In this document: positions 13,420-25,777 of the stretch, in pieces | How positions within the stretch are numbered: the stretch's first letter is position 1 | Layout of the letters: each line of letters starts with the position of its first letter | DNA from: Octopus bimaculoides | Lineage: Eukaryota | Direction: 5' to 3' | DNA: 64,000 nt | Assembly (NCBI RefSeq): GCF_001194135.2 | Contig: NC_068981.1 | Coordinates: 53,303,690-53,367,689 of the forward strand | The notes under the pieces: generated by a model | Seen by the model: the letters and a program-made list of their open reading frames with translations, nothing else | What the model was told of the DNA's origin: nothing | Database searches by the model: none | Translations under genes and position numbers: made by a program

Positions 13420-15773
13420 TAAGTGATGGAAACCCATCTCATATATATATATGCGTGTGCATTATGTATATGTGTATACACACACACACACACACACATA
13501 TAAATATAAATTAATGAATTGAGAAAAAAACAATCACTTTCATTAGCTTACAACTGTTTCTGCTATGAGAAGCATGCATTCAGAATTAGTGTTCACACAA
13601 CATATTATAGCCTCCTCAGAACCATTTAAATGAAGTGTATGTTTATTGTAGAAAGCATTTAGATACATAGGGTTGGTTACATATATAACCATATATAAGA
13701 TTATGCAGTTTGGCAGATTTGAGTGTGCAAAACATCATCAGAGACAAATATGTATATCACTGTATCACTGTATTGATCAGACTATTGGAAGTTGTTACAC
13801 ACCACTAGTCACAATGCATTTCTTCACATGTTGTAGCTACCCTACTGACCAGATGGGCAGGGCAATATTACCCTTGAATGGAAAATCCAGTCCATTGCAG
13901 GATTACCCAGTTATAGCTGAGTGGACTGGAGCGATGTAAAATGAAGTATTTTGCTCAAGAACACAATGATGAGGATGACAGAAGAATGAAATGCAAGGTA
14001 AAAGAGTTAATCTGGGCGAAGGGAATATATAGCTCCCCTCAATTCTTGGTGACAAAATCATCCATCACCCCAATGCCAGCAAAACTACCATCAGAGAAGC
14101 AAATAATGCCATTTCAGCATTGCACAGCCTCCCCAAATTTCAGCAGAGCTTGCTGCTCCTTGTCAAGAAGTCCTCCTCTAACATTGCAAAGTTCTCCAAC
14201 CATTTCTCAACCAAGACAGCTTTATTGTGGTCCTACCATTGAAAAAAATCACCCACAAATGTGCTCTATAGTACAGCAGTTACTATATTTGGCAAACTCT
14301 TTATTCTTTCTTTCTCTCTTATTCTGTTTCTGTCTGTCTGTGTCTCTGCCTGTCCGTCTGTGTCTCTGCCTGTCTGTCTGTCTGTCTCTCTCTCTCTCTG
14401 TCTCACTCACTCTCCCTCATCTTCTCTCTCTCTCTCCCCTTTCTCCTCATTCACTGAGTGTGTTTCACATTTTAGATTCCACCACCAAGTTTGGCTTTTG
14501 TCATGGATCAGCTACTATAAATGATTTATTCCTTGCTCTGTCTGTTAATGCATTGTAATTTACTACACTTTTATAATAATAATAATGATAATGAACTTAT
14601 GATTGAAATAAATTAATTCAATTGAATGGAATTGCTCATTTTTTCTGTAAACCTGTAACTCTCCCCACTCGCATTTTTCCAGAAGACTTTGACTTAGAAA
14701 TATTCAAACAGAAGAATCAAGAATGGCCTGCAGAGGTCATTGGTACTGCTCCTCAGTGTCTCTTATTATCTTACAAAGGAAAAGAAACAGATATTTTTTG
14801 ATAATGCCATCAGCTGTTAAAGACAACAAGGCTTAGTTTCATGTTACACTATGATAAATGCTAAAAGGTGAATTATATACAGAAATCAGCTTTCTTTGCT
14901 TTTGTAAAATGTTAAATGGTGTTATGGCAGTAACGGTCAAAATGAATCACTATTATGAGAGATAAGGTATGTGTTTAGTGATATGAATACATTATATGCA
15001 AGTTATATGTATGTTGCTATGTAAATACACATACATTCACACTGACATACCTATATATATCCTCCTGTTTTAATTCTTTGAATACTTCCAGTAAAGAAGG
15101 GTTAGTTTCTAACAAAGAAATGAAGCTCTGTTCCTGGAATTTAGGTAAGAACAATAGTAAAGTGGTATTTTAGAAGAGTCTTACATATCTCTACTGCATG
15201 AAACTGATATTTATCAATATGTTATGCTATATTTGTACACACACACACACACACACACACACGCTCACAAACACCCATATGCACACATATAAACACGTGC
15301 AGCCAACAGTAAACACTTAAGGTAGGCAAGAGACATTCACACACACACACATACACACACAATCTGTATGTATGTATTTATGTCCAGGGGACATACATGT
15401 TAATTTTTATGAAACTGGACAATAGAAATATGAAATCAAACCCCAACCAAGTAAAATCATTATTGCCCAGTGCAAACAGTGTAGGACCAAGTAGATCAAC
15501 CTGTTGAACTCCCAAAGCAGAAAAAATGTGCTGGTTACTGAAAGATTAGGAAGAGGACTTGTGATAAATTACCAAGAAATTTAACTATTGTTCTGCATAT
15601 TATATAAAAGAAACTTAGCTGATATGTCTATAGACTGTGGCAAGGAAAAAGTAGCTAAAAAAAACAATTATTTTGTGATGCTTGCAAATTTTGAATAGAT
15701 TGTATGCAACTGGTAAACAAATATATTGATGTCCTTCAATGAAGATAAACATTTCCAATTATTATCATCATTA

Positions 15774-16178
15774 GGTGCAGGAGTGTCTGTGTGGTAAGAA
15801 GCTTCCTTCCCTACCACATGGTTTCAGGTTCAGTCCCACTGCATGGCACCTTGGGCAAGTGTTTTCTACTATAGCCTCAGGCCAACCAAAGCCTTGTGTA
15901 TGGATTTGGTAGACGGAAACTGAAAGAAGCCTGTCATACACACACACACACACACACATATATATATTTGTGTGTATATCTGTGTTTGTCTCCTCACCAT
16001 TGCTTGACAACTGATGTGTTTACATCCTTGTAACCTAGCAGTTTGGCAAAAGAAACCGATAGAATAAGTACTAGGCTTACAAAGAATAAGTCCTGAGGTA
16101 GGTTTGTTCAACTAAAGGTGGTTACTACAGCATGGCCACAGTCAAATGATTGAAACAAGTAAAAGAATAAAAGAATAA
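15774..16178 (+). mobile_element. Full-length SINE, main family
   Basis: ggtgcaggagtgtctgtgtggtaag head, B-box-like ggttcagtccc, internal (CA)n, tail gaaacaagtaaaagaataaaagaa. Confidence 0.9.
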
Positions 16179-16259
16179 TCAGATTTTGTCAGCTCTCAGA
16201 AGGTTAAATATCATGGATTGTCATCTTAGTCTTTCTTATGTCTTTCTACTTTCAAAACA

Positions 16260-17460
16260 ATATAAGCTTGTTCAGTGGATATTATTGAAATACATAATTC
16301 TTGGTTTTATTCTTCTTTCTCTTTAATTGTGTCTAACAAAATTTTCTTTTTTTCTTCCCTTTTTTTTGTTTTTCTTTGTAGTACTTCATCTTGCTTTTGC
16401 ATTCTGTCCATGGTATTTTCAGTCTTCTACATGCCAACATCTCAAAGGCTTGCAATCTGTTTAACGGAACTCATTTTCATTTCCAAATAATAGAGTGGAC
16501 CTTATATTGATTATCTTTTTCTGTTTTTTCTTTTTTGTTAATATTTCTTGAGGATAATTTACTTGACATTTTTCAAATGACTTATTCCTTCTTTTGATTT
16601 CTATTTCACATTTCTTGTTTCTTGATTTCATATATTTTAGAATTAAGTTTCCATTAGCATTTTATTTTTTAAGAATTTAAAGTCGTTTTTTTTTAATTGT
16701 TCATGAAACTGGGAAATAAATTTGCATTTGAATGTCTGGTGCCATGATGATGCATATTTAGTTCTCCACCCTCATAGGGTCTTTGCTACATGGAAGGAAG
16801 TTAATGAATGAGGAACTTAGCCACAGAAGTCTTGGTGTAAATGGTTCAAAAGTGAATTTTGGATATTCAACCAATCATCTTCACTCTGCCATATTATGGT
16901 GGATCTATTTCACCATATTCTTTCCCCTTCATCATGACCCCACCAAATTGCTGTAGATTTGTTCTGGAGCTCCAATTTTTGATCATGCTTTCAAGCCCAC
17001 CTTTCTTTATACTATATCAATGCTCTAACACCAAGCAATCATTAAAAAACATCAAGGTAACTGACTCCCATGAAGGCTTTCTCATTCTTAGAAATTACGT
17101 AGTTTACATTATTTAGTTTAAATTATGAGGGTCAAGTCCTTTGTTTTGATTGTCACCATGTCTGCATCTTTTTGACAATCTGATTTATGACAAGCACATC
17201 TTTTTGACAATCTGATTTATGACAAGCACATCTTTTTGACAATCTGATTTATGACAAGCACAAAATCTCACTTTGCTATCCTTTGTCCAAATAACAACAT
17301 GAAATCTGAGTTTACATAAATGCTCTTCTTTGTCTCTCCCTTGCTTCTTTTCTTTAATTCATGCTTACTGTCTGCTTTTTAGCTGGCAACATTCTCTCAT
17401 TTCCAACATAAAGTAATTCTAACCAGGAGATGGATGAAGCTCTATAACTGTGGAGAAGAC
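16260..17460 (-). mobile_element. Heavily decayed RTE-clade LINE (RT to C-terminus)
   Basis: Minus-strand peptides NEKAF (FIDYEKAF-like) near 17080 and RLQAFEMLACRRLKIPWTE near 16460-16400 (RLQAFEMWCYRRMLKIPWTE-like). Confidence 0.65.
17165..17260. repeat. Three perfect 32-bp tandem copies of catctttttgacaatctgatttatgacaagca
   Basis: Units at 17165, 17197 and 17229 read directly. There are no spacers. Confidence 0.97.
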
Positions 17461-19809
17461 TTGGATTGTTAATTCCAGAGTAGAGAAAATTGACTCAGAT
17501 ATTTCAGGCCAAATTACAGTCAACGTGCATTTTCAACCCACTTTTCGATCAATTTCATCAATACTAAAGATGCTGTTCACTTTCTATGAGTGCTAAATTT
17601 TCTGGAGATTGGGTTAAAGCTTGGCTTGTGGAAAACATTGGTAGTTTACTTAGCTCAGACAGACTCCACATTTTCATTGCCTTCAGGATTGGAACTGATG
17701 TATGTGGGTGATTGAGTTGTCATTGTGGCAAGTCCCTTGATTCTAAAGACTTTCACAGATTACCATGTTTACTGAATGTGTGTCACTTTTTTGTTACAAC
17801 AAGGAAAGCTAATCTTTAAATGAGCTCTAGCTAAGGTACATATCTCCTTAATTCTAGATCCAATTAGATTGTGCAAGGAGCAGAAGATGAGATCTGATGG
17901 ACTTACTCTTTGCCATTAGGCAGGAGATGACTGCTTCATATTGGATGACATCATTAGCAACTCTTTTCCTTCATCACATGTCCTTAATGCTGTGGCAGAG
18001 GTGGTAGTTGCAACAGCTGTAACTGATTGAAATAAGGCACTATTGTATAAATTATATTTTATTAACACATGGCTTTTGAGGCATTCACTGAAGCTAGATT
18101 GCTGACAAGAAAGCTTTTGTCTTCATTTAGCATCCATTCAGGAAGGTGCTTAGCTATTCCAGCTTATCACCCTTTCAGTAACTATGAGTGTTTTGGATTG
18201 TCTCAAAAACTTTTAGAGGGTGACACCAGTGTTTCCCTTGAGTGTTATATTATTGAGGGAGTGTACATACCTCCTTTTTTTTGTATAGTGATTTCTTGTT
18301 TATTTTTTTATTATTTGAACATTTAAGAAAAATTTTGCCATTTTCTGACTGAAAAACTTTTGTAAATTGTGCTAGTGATCTTCTTCATTAAATTATTATT
18401 CTGAATTTGTATTATAATATTCTCAAATGAAATGAAAGATAACTCTTTTCTTTTGTAAAATTGTTTTGATAATCGATGCCTTCTTTTCAGATTTTATGTG
18501 GTAAGAGCCTCTGCTTTTGGTTCATGTCAGCATATTTTTATACAGGAAGCATTAAAAAGCTAAATATGTAATAAGTAAAACAATAATAATCTTTTTCTAA
18601 TTTTGGCCTATGGCCAACAATTTTAGTTGATTACATTGGTTCCAGTGCTCAGCTGGTATTTATTTTATTGGTTCAAAAGGATGAAAGGGTAAGTTTAAAT
18701 CTTCCCCATATTTGCTGAAGTAATGATAAAAAAAATTCCTTAGATTGTACAATTATTGCTAAGGGGAGAATAGAATTGTTTAAGGTACTAAATAAATCAG
18801 AGCTGTCATGTTGATACTTTCCCAAAATTGCTTTGTGGAATTTATAAGGTTTATGTTGATAATGATGATATAAGGGAAGTAACTCTTAACGTCAAACCGT
18901 TCGACGGCCATATGCAGTTGCTGCAGCTGTTTTTGCTATCGCTGGGGTCCAAATAAGAGATCTATATTTGGTCGCACTATCTACAAGAAATAACAGCCAC
19001 ATCTTCGAAAGAATATTTTTTAAAAAAGAAAACATTGGACAATGTAGTTTTCGACAATCATGAAACACATGCTAACTTTGTATACATGAATGCTTTTGAA
19101 ATGATAGTATAAGCAGTTGTAATTTAGGTTGAAAGGTGGAAACATTAATCCTTTGGCCTTTTCCCCTCAACTTTTGATTCAATGTCATCAGAATGCAAGG
19201 AAGGAAGATGTTATCCCCAATAAGTGGAATGACAGTATCAATATAAACTGTTAAAACAACATAGAAGAAAGATGCACGAGAGCAAAGCAGTTATAGAAAG
19301 TCCAAGCTGACAACCTGAGTCATCAAAGTAGTTGAAAGTGTTTAGGTGAACTTTGCATAAAATAATGTCAACTCTGACAATATGTAATTTGGGTTTATAC
19401 TAGACAAGTTATTAGCTACATAGAAACAGTGCTATTTTATTTAAACATTCCAGAGCTTCGCTGAAGGTTAAATAACAATGTAAACACAGTCTTTCTATGC
19501 AAAAAAGATAACGAAAAGGAAGGAATGGAGTCTCCTGAAGAACTGTTTCCTGGTTTGTCAACTGCCCCCCAGAGAAGATGTACCTCGCTTCCTTCTCCAA
19601 TTAATGGCATGGATCAGCTGTAATATAAAGTTGCCATGAATTAGGCTAGATCATGGTTCTATATTTTGATGCGGAAAAGCATCTGCCAAGACCAGTAAAC
19701 ACTAACAAATGTCAAGGAAGTTAAGTTTAGATGAATGACTAGTGAGAAATCGTTCAGGCCATATATGACAATGTGGTCAGTTCTGGGAATATATTTAGTA
19801 AGGAAGCAC

Positions 19810-20031
19810 TTTTAGGACCAAACAGCGTGAAGCTGCTTTTGGTTCTATGATATAATTTCCTGATTTAAAATGATTTAAATTCAAATTTTCCATCAAAGTT
19901 TTGTTTTAATTTATGTTCCAAACACCAGCTTAATAATGACAAAGTGATTTTACTAAACTCTTCACTATTTTCAAAACTAATTGAATCATAGGTGGTATTT
20001 TTCAGCAGATATATGGTGACAAAAGGGTTAA
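19810..20031 (-). mobile_element. Partial TTAA-ended MITE, second family
   Basis: Terminus aaaagggttaa. The interior (ttttgaaaatagtgaagagtttagtaaaatcactttgtcattattaagctggtgtttggaacataaatt on -) recurs at 34430-34753 and ~60600-60730. Confidence 0.7.
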
Positions 20032-21425
20032 TGCATGGCTTAAGTGGACTACATTTCTTGTCAAGGTTTTTAGCCCATTTCATTATAGTTCTTGAGGCAT
20101 TAATACAAAAGTTTAGGACTAGATTATTTGGCAATATTTACATACTAATTAGTTCACTTGTATAGCAGAATGTCTTGAAAAGATACAGAATAAATTTCAA
20201 AAGTAGAAGAAAAAAAGAATCAAAATAATTTATAAGAATAATATACATTAAATTCACACAATATTTACGTGTATAAAATATCTATCCCCTGTTCTCTCTC
20301 TAATCATCCATTTTAAACCATCTCTCATTCTTCTGTCACAGTCTTGTGAAATTCTCCTCCCATCCTTCCTAATCTACTGTCCCTATTCACTCTTCTACTC
20401 ACCTTCTTGTACCTTGAGGGTATACCCTGACACTACGATTTTTCTCTCTCTATCCAGTTACTCCCATCCCACTTGGAAAATATGTTAAATAATAATGATG
20501 ATGATATATGATAGCTATCTGGCTATCTATCTATCTATCTATCTATCTATCTGTCAGTCTATCTATCTATCAGTCTGTCTATCTGTCTGTCTGTCTCATA
20601 TATTTAGCTATGTGTGTGTGTGTGTGTGCACATGTGTGTGATGTGTGTATGTATAGTATGTATGTAAATATATGTATGCCTCCATACTCAACTTGTCCCT
20701 CTCAAGCCTTCCCTACCTCTCATCTTCCTATCACCCATCCCTCCACTCTTCTAACTATGGCGCTATCCAGTTGTCCTAATATGAGAGCTGAACTACACAC
20801 AATTCCTCCACTTTTGTGCTACCTATCACCCTTATCTCCTTAACCACTTCCTTTTAACATCCATCCTTCAATATAACCCCTTCCTAATTTATTTTCCATT
20901 GATCACCCTTTCTGTGTAACCAGTAATCTCTCATTTTCCTTTAATCTACATCATATGTCTGCTATACCTCATTCTTAATACCTTCTTATATCTGTCATTG
21001 ACTTACACCACACATTTGTTCACACTCAATACATCCATCCCTACATATCTCTGACTTCCATCTCTCACTATGTGTTTCTCTTTCTCTCTCTCACACTCTC
21101 TCCTACACTCCACCTTTACCTAGCTACCCTACACATCATCCCCCTATTTCTCATTTATCTACAGTTTTATCATACTACTGCTCACCACACTTTTTGTAAC
21201 ATCACTTACCACCTCTTCCTTTCTGAGCCACATCTATTTCTTTTGCTATCTCCCAAGAAATTCATATTCACCATCAAATTTGCCACCACGCTTGTTCTCC
21301 ACTCACTACATTCAGTACTATCCACATCTCAAACCATCTGATAATTTCCTCACACACATTTGTGAAATTATCCATCCACTCCTCCTGATTCACTATCCCT
21401 ATTCACTCTTCTAATCTTCTTGTAT

Positions 21426-21902
21426 GTTGAGGTGTGTGGCTTAGTGGTTAGGGTATTTGGCACATGACCATAAGATAGTGAGTTCAATACCTGGTAGTGC
21501 ATAGTGTCCTTAAGCAAGACACTTTATTTCACATCAACTGGCAAAAATGAATTGTATCTGTATTTCAAAGAGCCAGCCTTGTCATGTTCTGTATCTCACT
21601 GAATGTCTTTGAGAACTTGCATTAAGGGTCTGTGTACCTGAAGAGTGCTCAGCCACTTGCATGTTAGGTGATATTTAGAGTCACTTAAATGTGAATGTTC
21701 TGTGAGAGCAAACTATACTGCAGTAGATACCATCCATATTTAAGTGGCTATAAATATTACCTCTTGGTAGTGAAACTGCCTCTGTTGCTAATATATATAT
21801 TTTTAACAAGCTCACTTGCACGTTAATTTTATGAGCAGGCTGTTCTGCTGATCAGATAAACTGAAACCCTTGTCATTGTAACCAACAGAATGCCAGTTGA
21901 GG
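21426..21902 (+). mobile_element. tRNA-headed SINE (same family as 23108-23500) with TSD GTTGAGG and an internal insertion
   Basis: Head ggtgtgtggcttagtggttaggg, body tcaaagagccagccttgtca...gagtgctcagccacttgca...gagcaggctgttc. GTTGAGG occurs at 21426-21432 and 21896-21902. Confidence 0.8.
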
Positions 21903-22354
21903 GTATACTCTGACACCTCATTGTCACCATCTTTATCTCTTTCCAGCTATCCCTGGCCATCCTTATATAATGTGGGATAGCTATGTATCTCCTCTACAGC
22001 AAGACACTTCTTTCTGTTCCTCTTTCATACTTTAGCTTCTCGACACCTGGCATAAAGCCACCGCCATCACTACTACATCCTCACTCAGTTGTAGTGTTTT
22101 TTTTTTTATGTCATGCAATTTACTTGACAACCTCATTAGTTCTAATACCACAAAAGAAAAGTACTCAATACACTGTATAAAGTGATTAGCAATAGGAAGA
22201 GCATCTAGCCATAGAAACCATGCCAAAGCAGACAGTAGGACTTGACTCAGTTCTCCAGATCCTGTTGAACTGTCCAGCCTGTGCTAGTATGGGAGATGAG
22301 CATTAAATGCTGCTGCTGTTTTCTGTTACTGCTGATGATGATAAGGTCAGCAGC

Positions 22355-22560
22355 AGTAGACAGAGGTTCTGTTATCTAGGTGACCTAATTAGCAGTGGAG
22401 AAGTATGTTCTAAATGTATAGTTGCTAGGATAAGAATAGGATGAAGAAAGCTCAGGAAGTTATTATTTCTGTTGATAACAAAAGTTCTTTCCCTCAGCAT
22501 GTAAGGCAGATTGTACAATGTTTGTGCACGATGGAAGTTATGGAAGAGGAAGTCCTGAAG
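22355..22560 (+). mobile_element. RTE LINE fragment (post-RT region)
   Basis: Reads (F)CYLGDLISSGEVCSKCIVARIRIG*RKLRKLLFLLITKVLSLSM*GRLYNVC. Confidence 0.75.
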
Positions 22561-23107
22561 CAAAGTAGTAAAGGCTGATCTCAAGATGTTGCACCTCACA
22601 CTGGAGATGATAAGCATTTTATTGTGCTTGAGTAGATTAGTCTATCATGGTGAAAGTGAGGTCCTAAAAGCATTATTTTTGTGTATATTCACTGGGATCT
22701 GCCTCTGCACTCAGTTGGTCCTCATCAAGCTTTTCCTACCTTTCATGTTCTTAACAATCATCACTCTGTTAACAACGGTACTATTCAGCTGATATAATTA
22801 TTTGACAGCAAAATCTGTGCGTATCCCTATTCTGCTGTCCAACACCAGGCATCCCCGCCTCTTCCCACTCACACCTGGTAATCCTACACTACTTTTTCCA
22901 ACCCACCTTGAAGGTTAACATGAGTAGTCATGTAGCTCCTCTTAAGCATGAAACCTACTCTACCTTTTTTTTACTCCTTATTCTTGCAGCATAAAGTTCC
23001 CCCACTGGAGATTTGTAGTCTTGCAAGCTGCATGGCAACCTTACTAGTGCTGGTGACATGAGAAAAGTGCCCAGTACACACTGTTAAATGGTTGGTGTTA
23101 GGAAGGG

Positions 23108-23500
23108 TTGTTGTTGTTGTTGTTGGCACTCCGTCGCTTACGATGTCGAGGGTTCCAGTTGATCTGATCAACGGAACAGCCTGCTCGTGAAATTAATGTG
23201 CAAGTGGCTGAGCACTCCACAGACACGTGTACCCTTAACGTAGTTCTCGGGGATATTCAGCGTGACACAGTGTGACAAGGCTGACCCTTTGAATTACAGG
23301 CACAACAGAAACAGGAAGTAAGAGTGAGAGAAAGTTGTGGTGAAAAAGTACAGCAGGGTTCACCACCATCCCCTGCCGGAGCCTCGTGGAGCTTTAGGTG
23401 TTTTTGCTCAATAAACACTCACAACGCCTGGTCTGGGAATTGAAACTGCTATCCTATGACTGCGAGTCCGCTGCCCTAACCACTGGGCCATTGCGCCTCC
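23108..23500 (-). mobile_element. Young full-length tRNA-derived SINE with (CAA)n tail
   Basis: On -: ggaggcgcaaTGGCCCAGTGGttagggcagcggactc (A box), gtttcaattccc (B box), a conserved body and a (caa)n tail. CpGs are retained. It is inserted within an RTE-tail repeat. Confidence 0.92.
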
Positions 23501-24959
23501 ACTAGGAGGGTATAGGAAGGGTATCTAGCTATAAAAACCATGCCAAAACATTTATTGGAACACAATGTAGTGCTTGCACTCATTAGATCCTGTAAAACCG
23601 CCCAATCCCTTCCAGCATGGAACATGGATGTTAAATGATGATGATTTCACCTCCTCTATACTCCTAATTATCCCCTCTCTCTGGAACCACTTCTTTTAAT
23701 AGCCACCCCTCCTTCTCATTATCGTCTCTTCCCACTTTATTTTCCACAGATCATTTTTTTTGTGCCTCCAGTTATCTCTTCCTCTCCTCTGAGGTACATC
23801 GTAGGACAGCCATACCTCATTTTTAATATTCTCTCGTATCTGCTATCACTTTTAACACTCCCTCGTACCTACAACTGATGCCCACCCAACCTTTGTCTCC
23901 TTGTACTATAGCCACTGCTAAGCACTTCTGACCTCCATCCCTGTCCCTGTACATTTCTGTCTCTCTCCCAGCCCATACATCATTTTCATATTTTCTAATC
24001 TATCTGCTGGTTTATACTGCTGCTCTCCACCCTTCCTGTACTGTCACACCAGTTTCTCCATCCTGAGCTATTTCTCTTACCTTCCATACCACACTGATAA
24101 TTACCATTGATCCCTTATGTGCAAGGGTGAAGATGTGGTCAGTGGTAAGTATCATTCACCTCTAAACCAATCTCTAGACATCCATCACTTTCCTCTCAAA
24201 CTCTTATGAACTTATCCATCCACTCCTCCAGATCCTTGTCCTGTACTCCTCTTCTTATATCCTGAGAGAAATCTCTGATTCTTTCACCAATATCTTTATC
24301 TTCTTTCCAGAACACTCACCCACTCATATAATGCAGGGTAGCCATGTATCTCTTTTATAGCAAAACACCTGTACTTGGGCTTCTTTGGATCCTATAAAAC
24401 CATCCAAACCCAAGCCAGCAAATGAGTGTTAAATGATGATGATGATATATATTGCATTTAACACACACACATGCAAGCACATATGACAAGCTTCTAGTAT
24501 TTTTTTGTTGCCAAATCAGACTGGAACTTGGTGCAGCTCTCAAGCTTACCAGTTTCAGTCAAACTGTCTAAGCCATGCCAGCATGAAAAGCAGATGCTGC
24601 TTGATGATGATGATGAGGGTGATGATATATATATGCACACACATACCAGATAGGCTTTTGTATTGTGTCAATCAAATTTTACTCATATGGCTTTCATCTT
24701 CACTAAGTTATGACAGAAGACATTTGCAAAGGTTCCATGCAATGAGATTGAACCCAGTACCATGAAGTTGCAAAATTAACATTTAAACAACACACACATT
24801 ATGTGCATCTTGTATTCATTGCTATTAATGTTCTTCAAATTTTTTTCTTAGAATTTTCAAATAAAATAAAAGCGACACAGTGGTCTCATTTTTGTAAAAG
24901 ATGCCTCAAATATCATTCCTAGTTTTCAACAGAAATTGCTTTAGATTATGGCTTGTTAA

Positions 24960-25719
24960 CGCTTGAAACAAATCTAAAATTAAATTCGTCACACAATTTA
25001 GACATAGATACGCAAGATTTGGATAGGTAAGTAAATTAAAGGAAACGTCAATAAAATATTAATTGGTCATGCGTGTTGGCATTTGATGCGTGACCGGACC
25101 GGATGTAGAAAGACTTAAACGCTCCAAATTACGTCCCTTCCCAATGTCCGCTCCTCCTCCCGCCCCCTTTGCTTTCCTTGGCAATATCACACGCTTCTGT
25201 TCAGGTTAACACTATGTCACGTGAATCAAAATGGAGGCTCGGCCTACAGCCGAGTTGGTTCCAGAAACTGTAAGCGCTAGTAACTTGACGGTTGGCAGTA
25301 AAAATTGTAATTCTTATCGTCTCGGTTTCCACGTCAACGACAGCAGTGACAATCATCACTTTCCTACGACGCTCGCTCATGCTGATATTTTTGCTACTAC
25401 TGCTGTTCTCTCCCTCCACTATTGTATCAAAACAACAGGGTTTTTGTGAGTGGCCCGAGTTAATACAACCACCACCACTCAAGCCGTCGTAGTCTGTCTG
25501 TCCGTCTATCTCCGTATGTGTGTGTGTGTATATGAATGTACGTATGTATGTTTCTTGCAGTGCAACCCTCTGCTACTGTAGCATTTGCGTGCCGCCACTG
25601 TAGTACAACAACAAACACCCTTCCTTCCCGTCGGGTGGAAGAAGGAGGGTTTAAAGGAGTTTACTGTGTGCTGTAAATATCATTGATATCGAACTAATAA
25701 TATCTTATTAACCACCAGG
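24960..25719 (+). promoter_or_regulatory. CpG-rich promoter / 5' leader of the USP32-like gene
   Basis: Abrupt CpG and GC enrichment. GC-box-like cctcctcccgccccc (~25153-25167), E-box GTCACGTGAA (25216-25225) and YY1-like CAAAATGGAGGC (25227-25238) lie immediately upstream of the coding exon. The TSS cannot be determined from sequence alone. Confidence 0.7.
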
Positions 25720-25777
25720 ATGGGAGGTGGGAACGCCAAGCTGTCGGCCATCACCTACGAGGAGGCCGTAAAGAGGG
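25720..25777 (+). CDS. USP32: USP32-like ubiquitin carboxyl-terminal hydrolase, first coding exon
   Basis: ATG in good context (aggATGg). Translates MGGGNAKLSAITYEEAVKR plus one G, followed by a perfect donor gtaagt. Resembles human USP32 MGAKESRIGFLSYEEALRR|V, with a 19-codon + 1 nt phase-1 exon as recalled for the human gene. Only 19 aa support the call. Confidence 0.75.

Noticed and set aside
17165-17260. 32-bp repeats as a CRISPR array
   Set aside because: The units are head-to-tail with no spacers, the context is eukaryotic, and there are no cas genes.
23420-23500. tRNA gene
   Set aside because: A and B boxes are present, but the sequence continues into a SINE body and (CAA)n tail shared with the 21426 copy. 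It is a tRNA-derived SINE head.
25201-25482. Minus-strand 93-aa ORF as a divergent gene at the promoter
   Set aside because: It is an antisense shadow of the GC-rich leader. No splice donor or downstream minus-strand exons were found in 3.1-25 kb.
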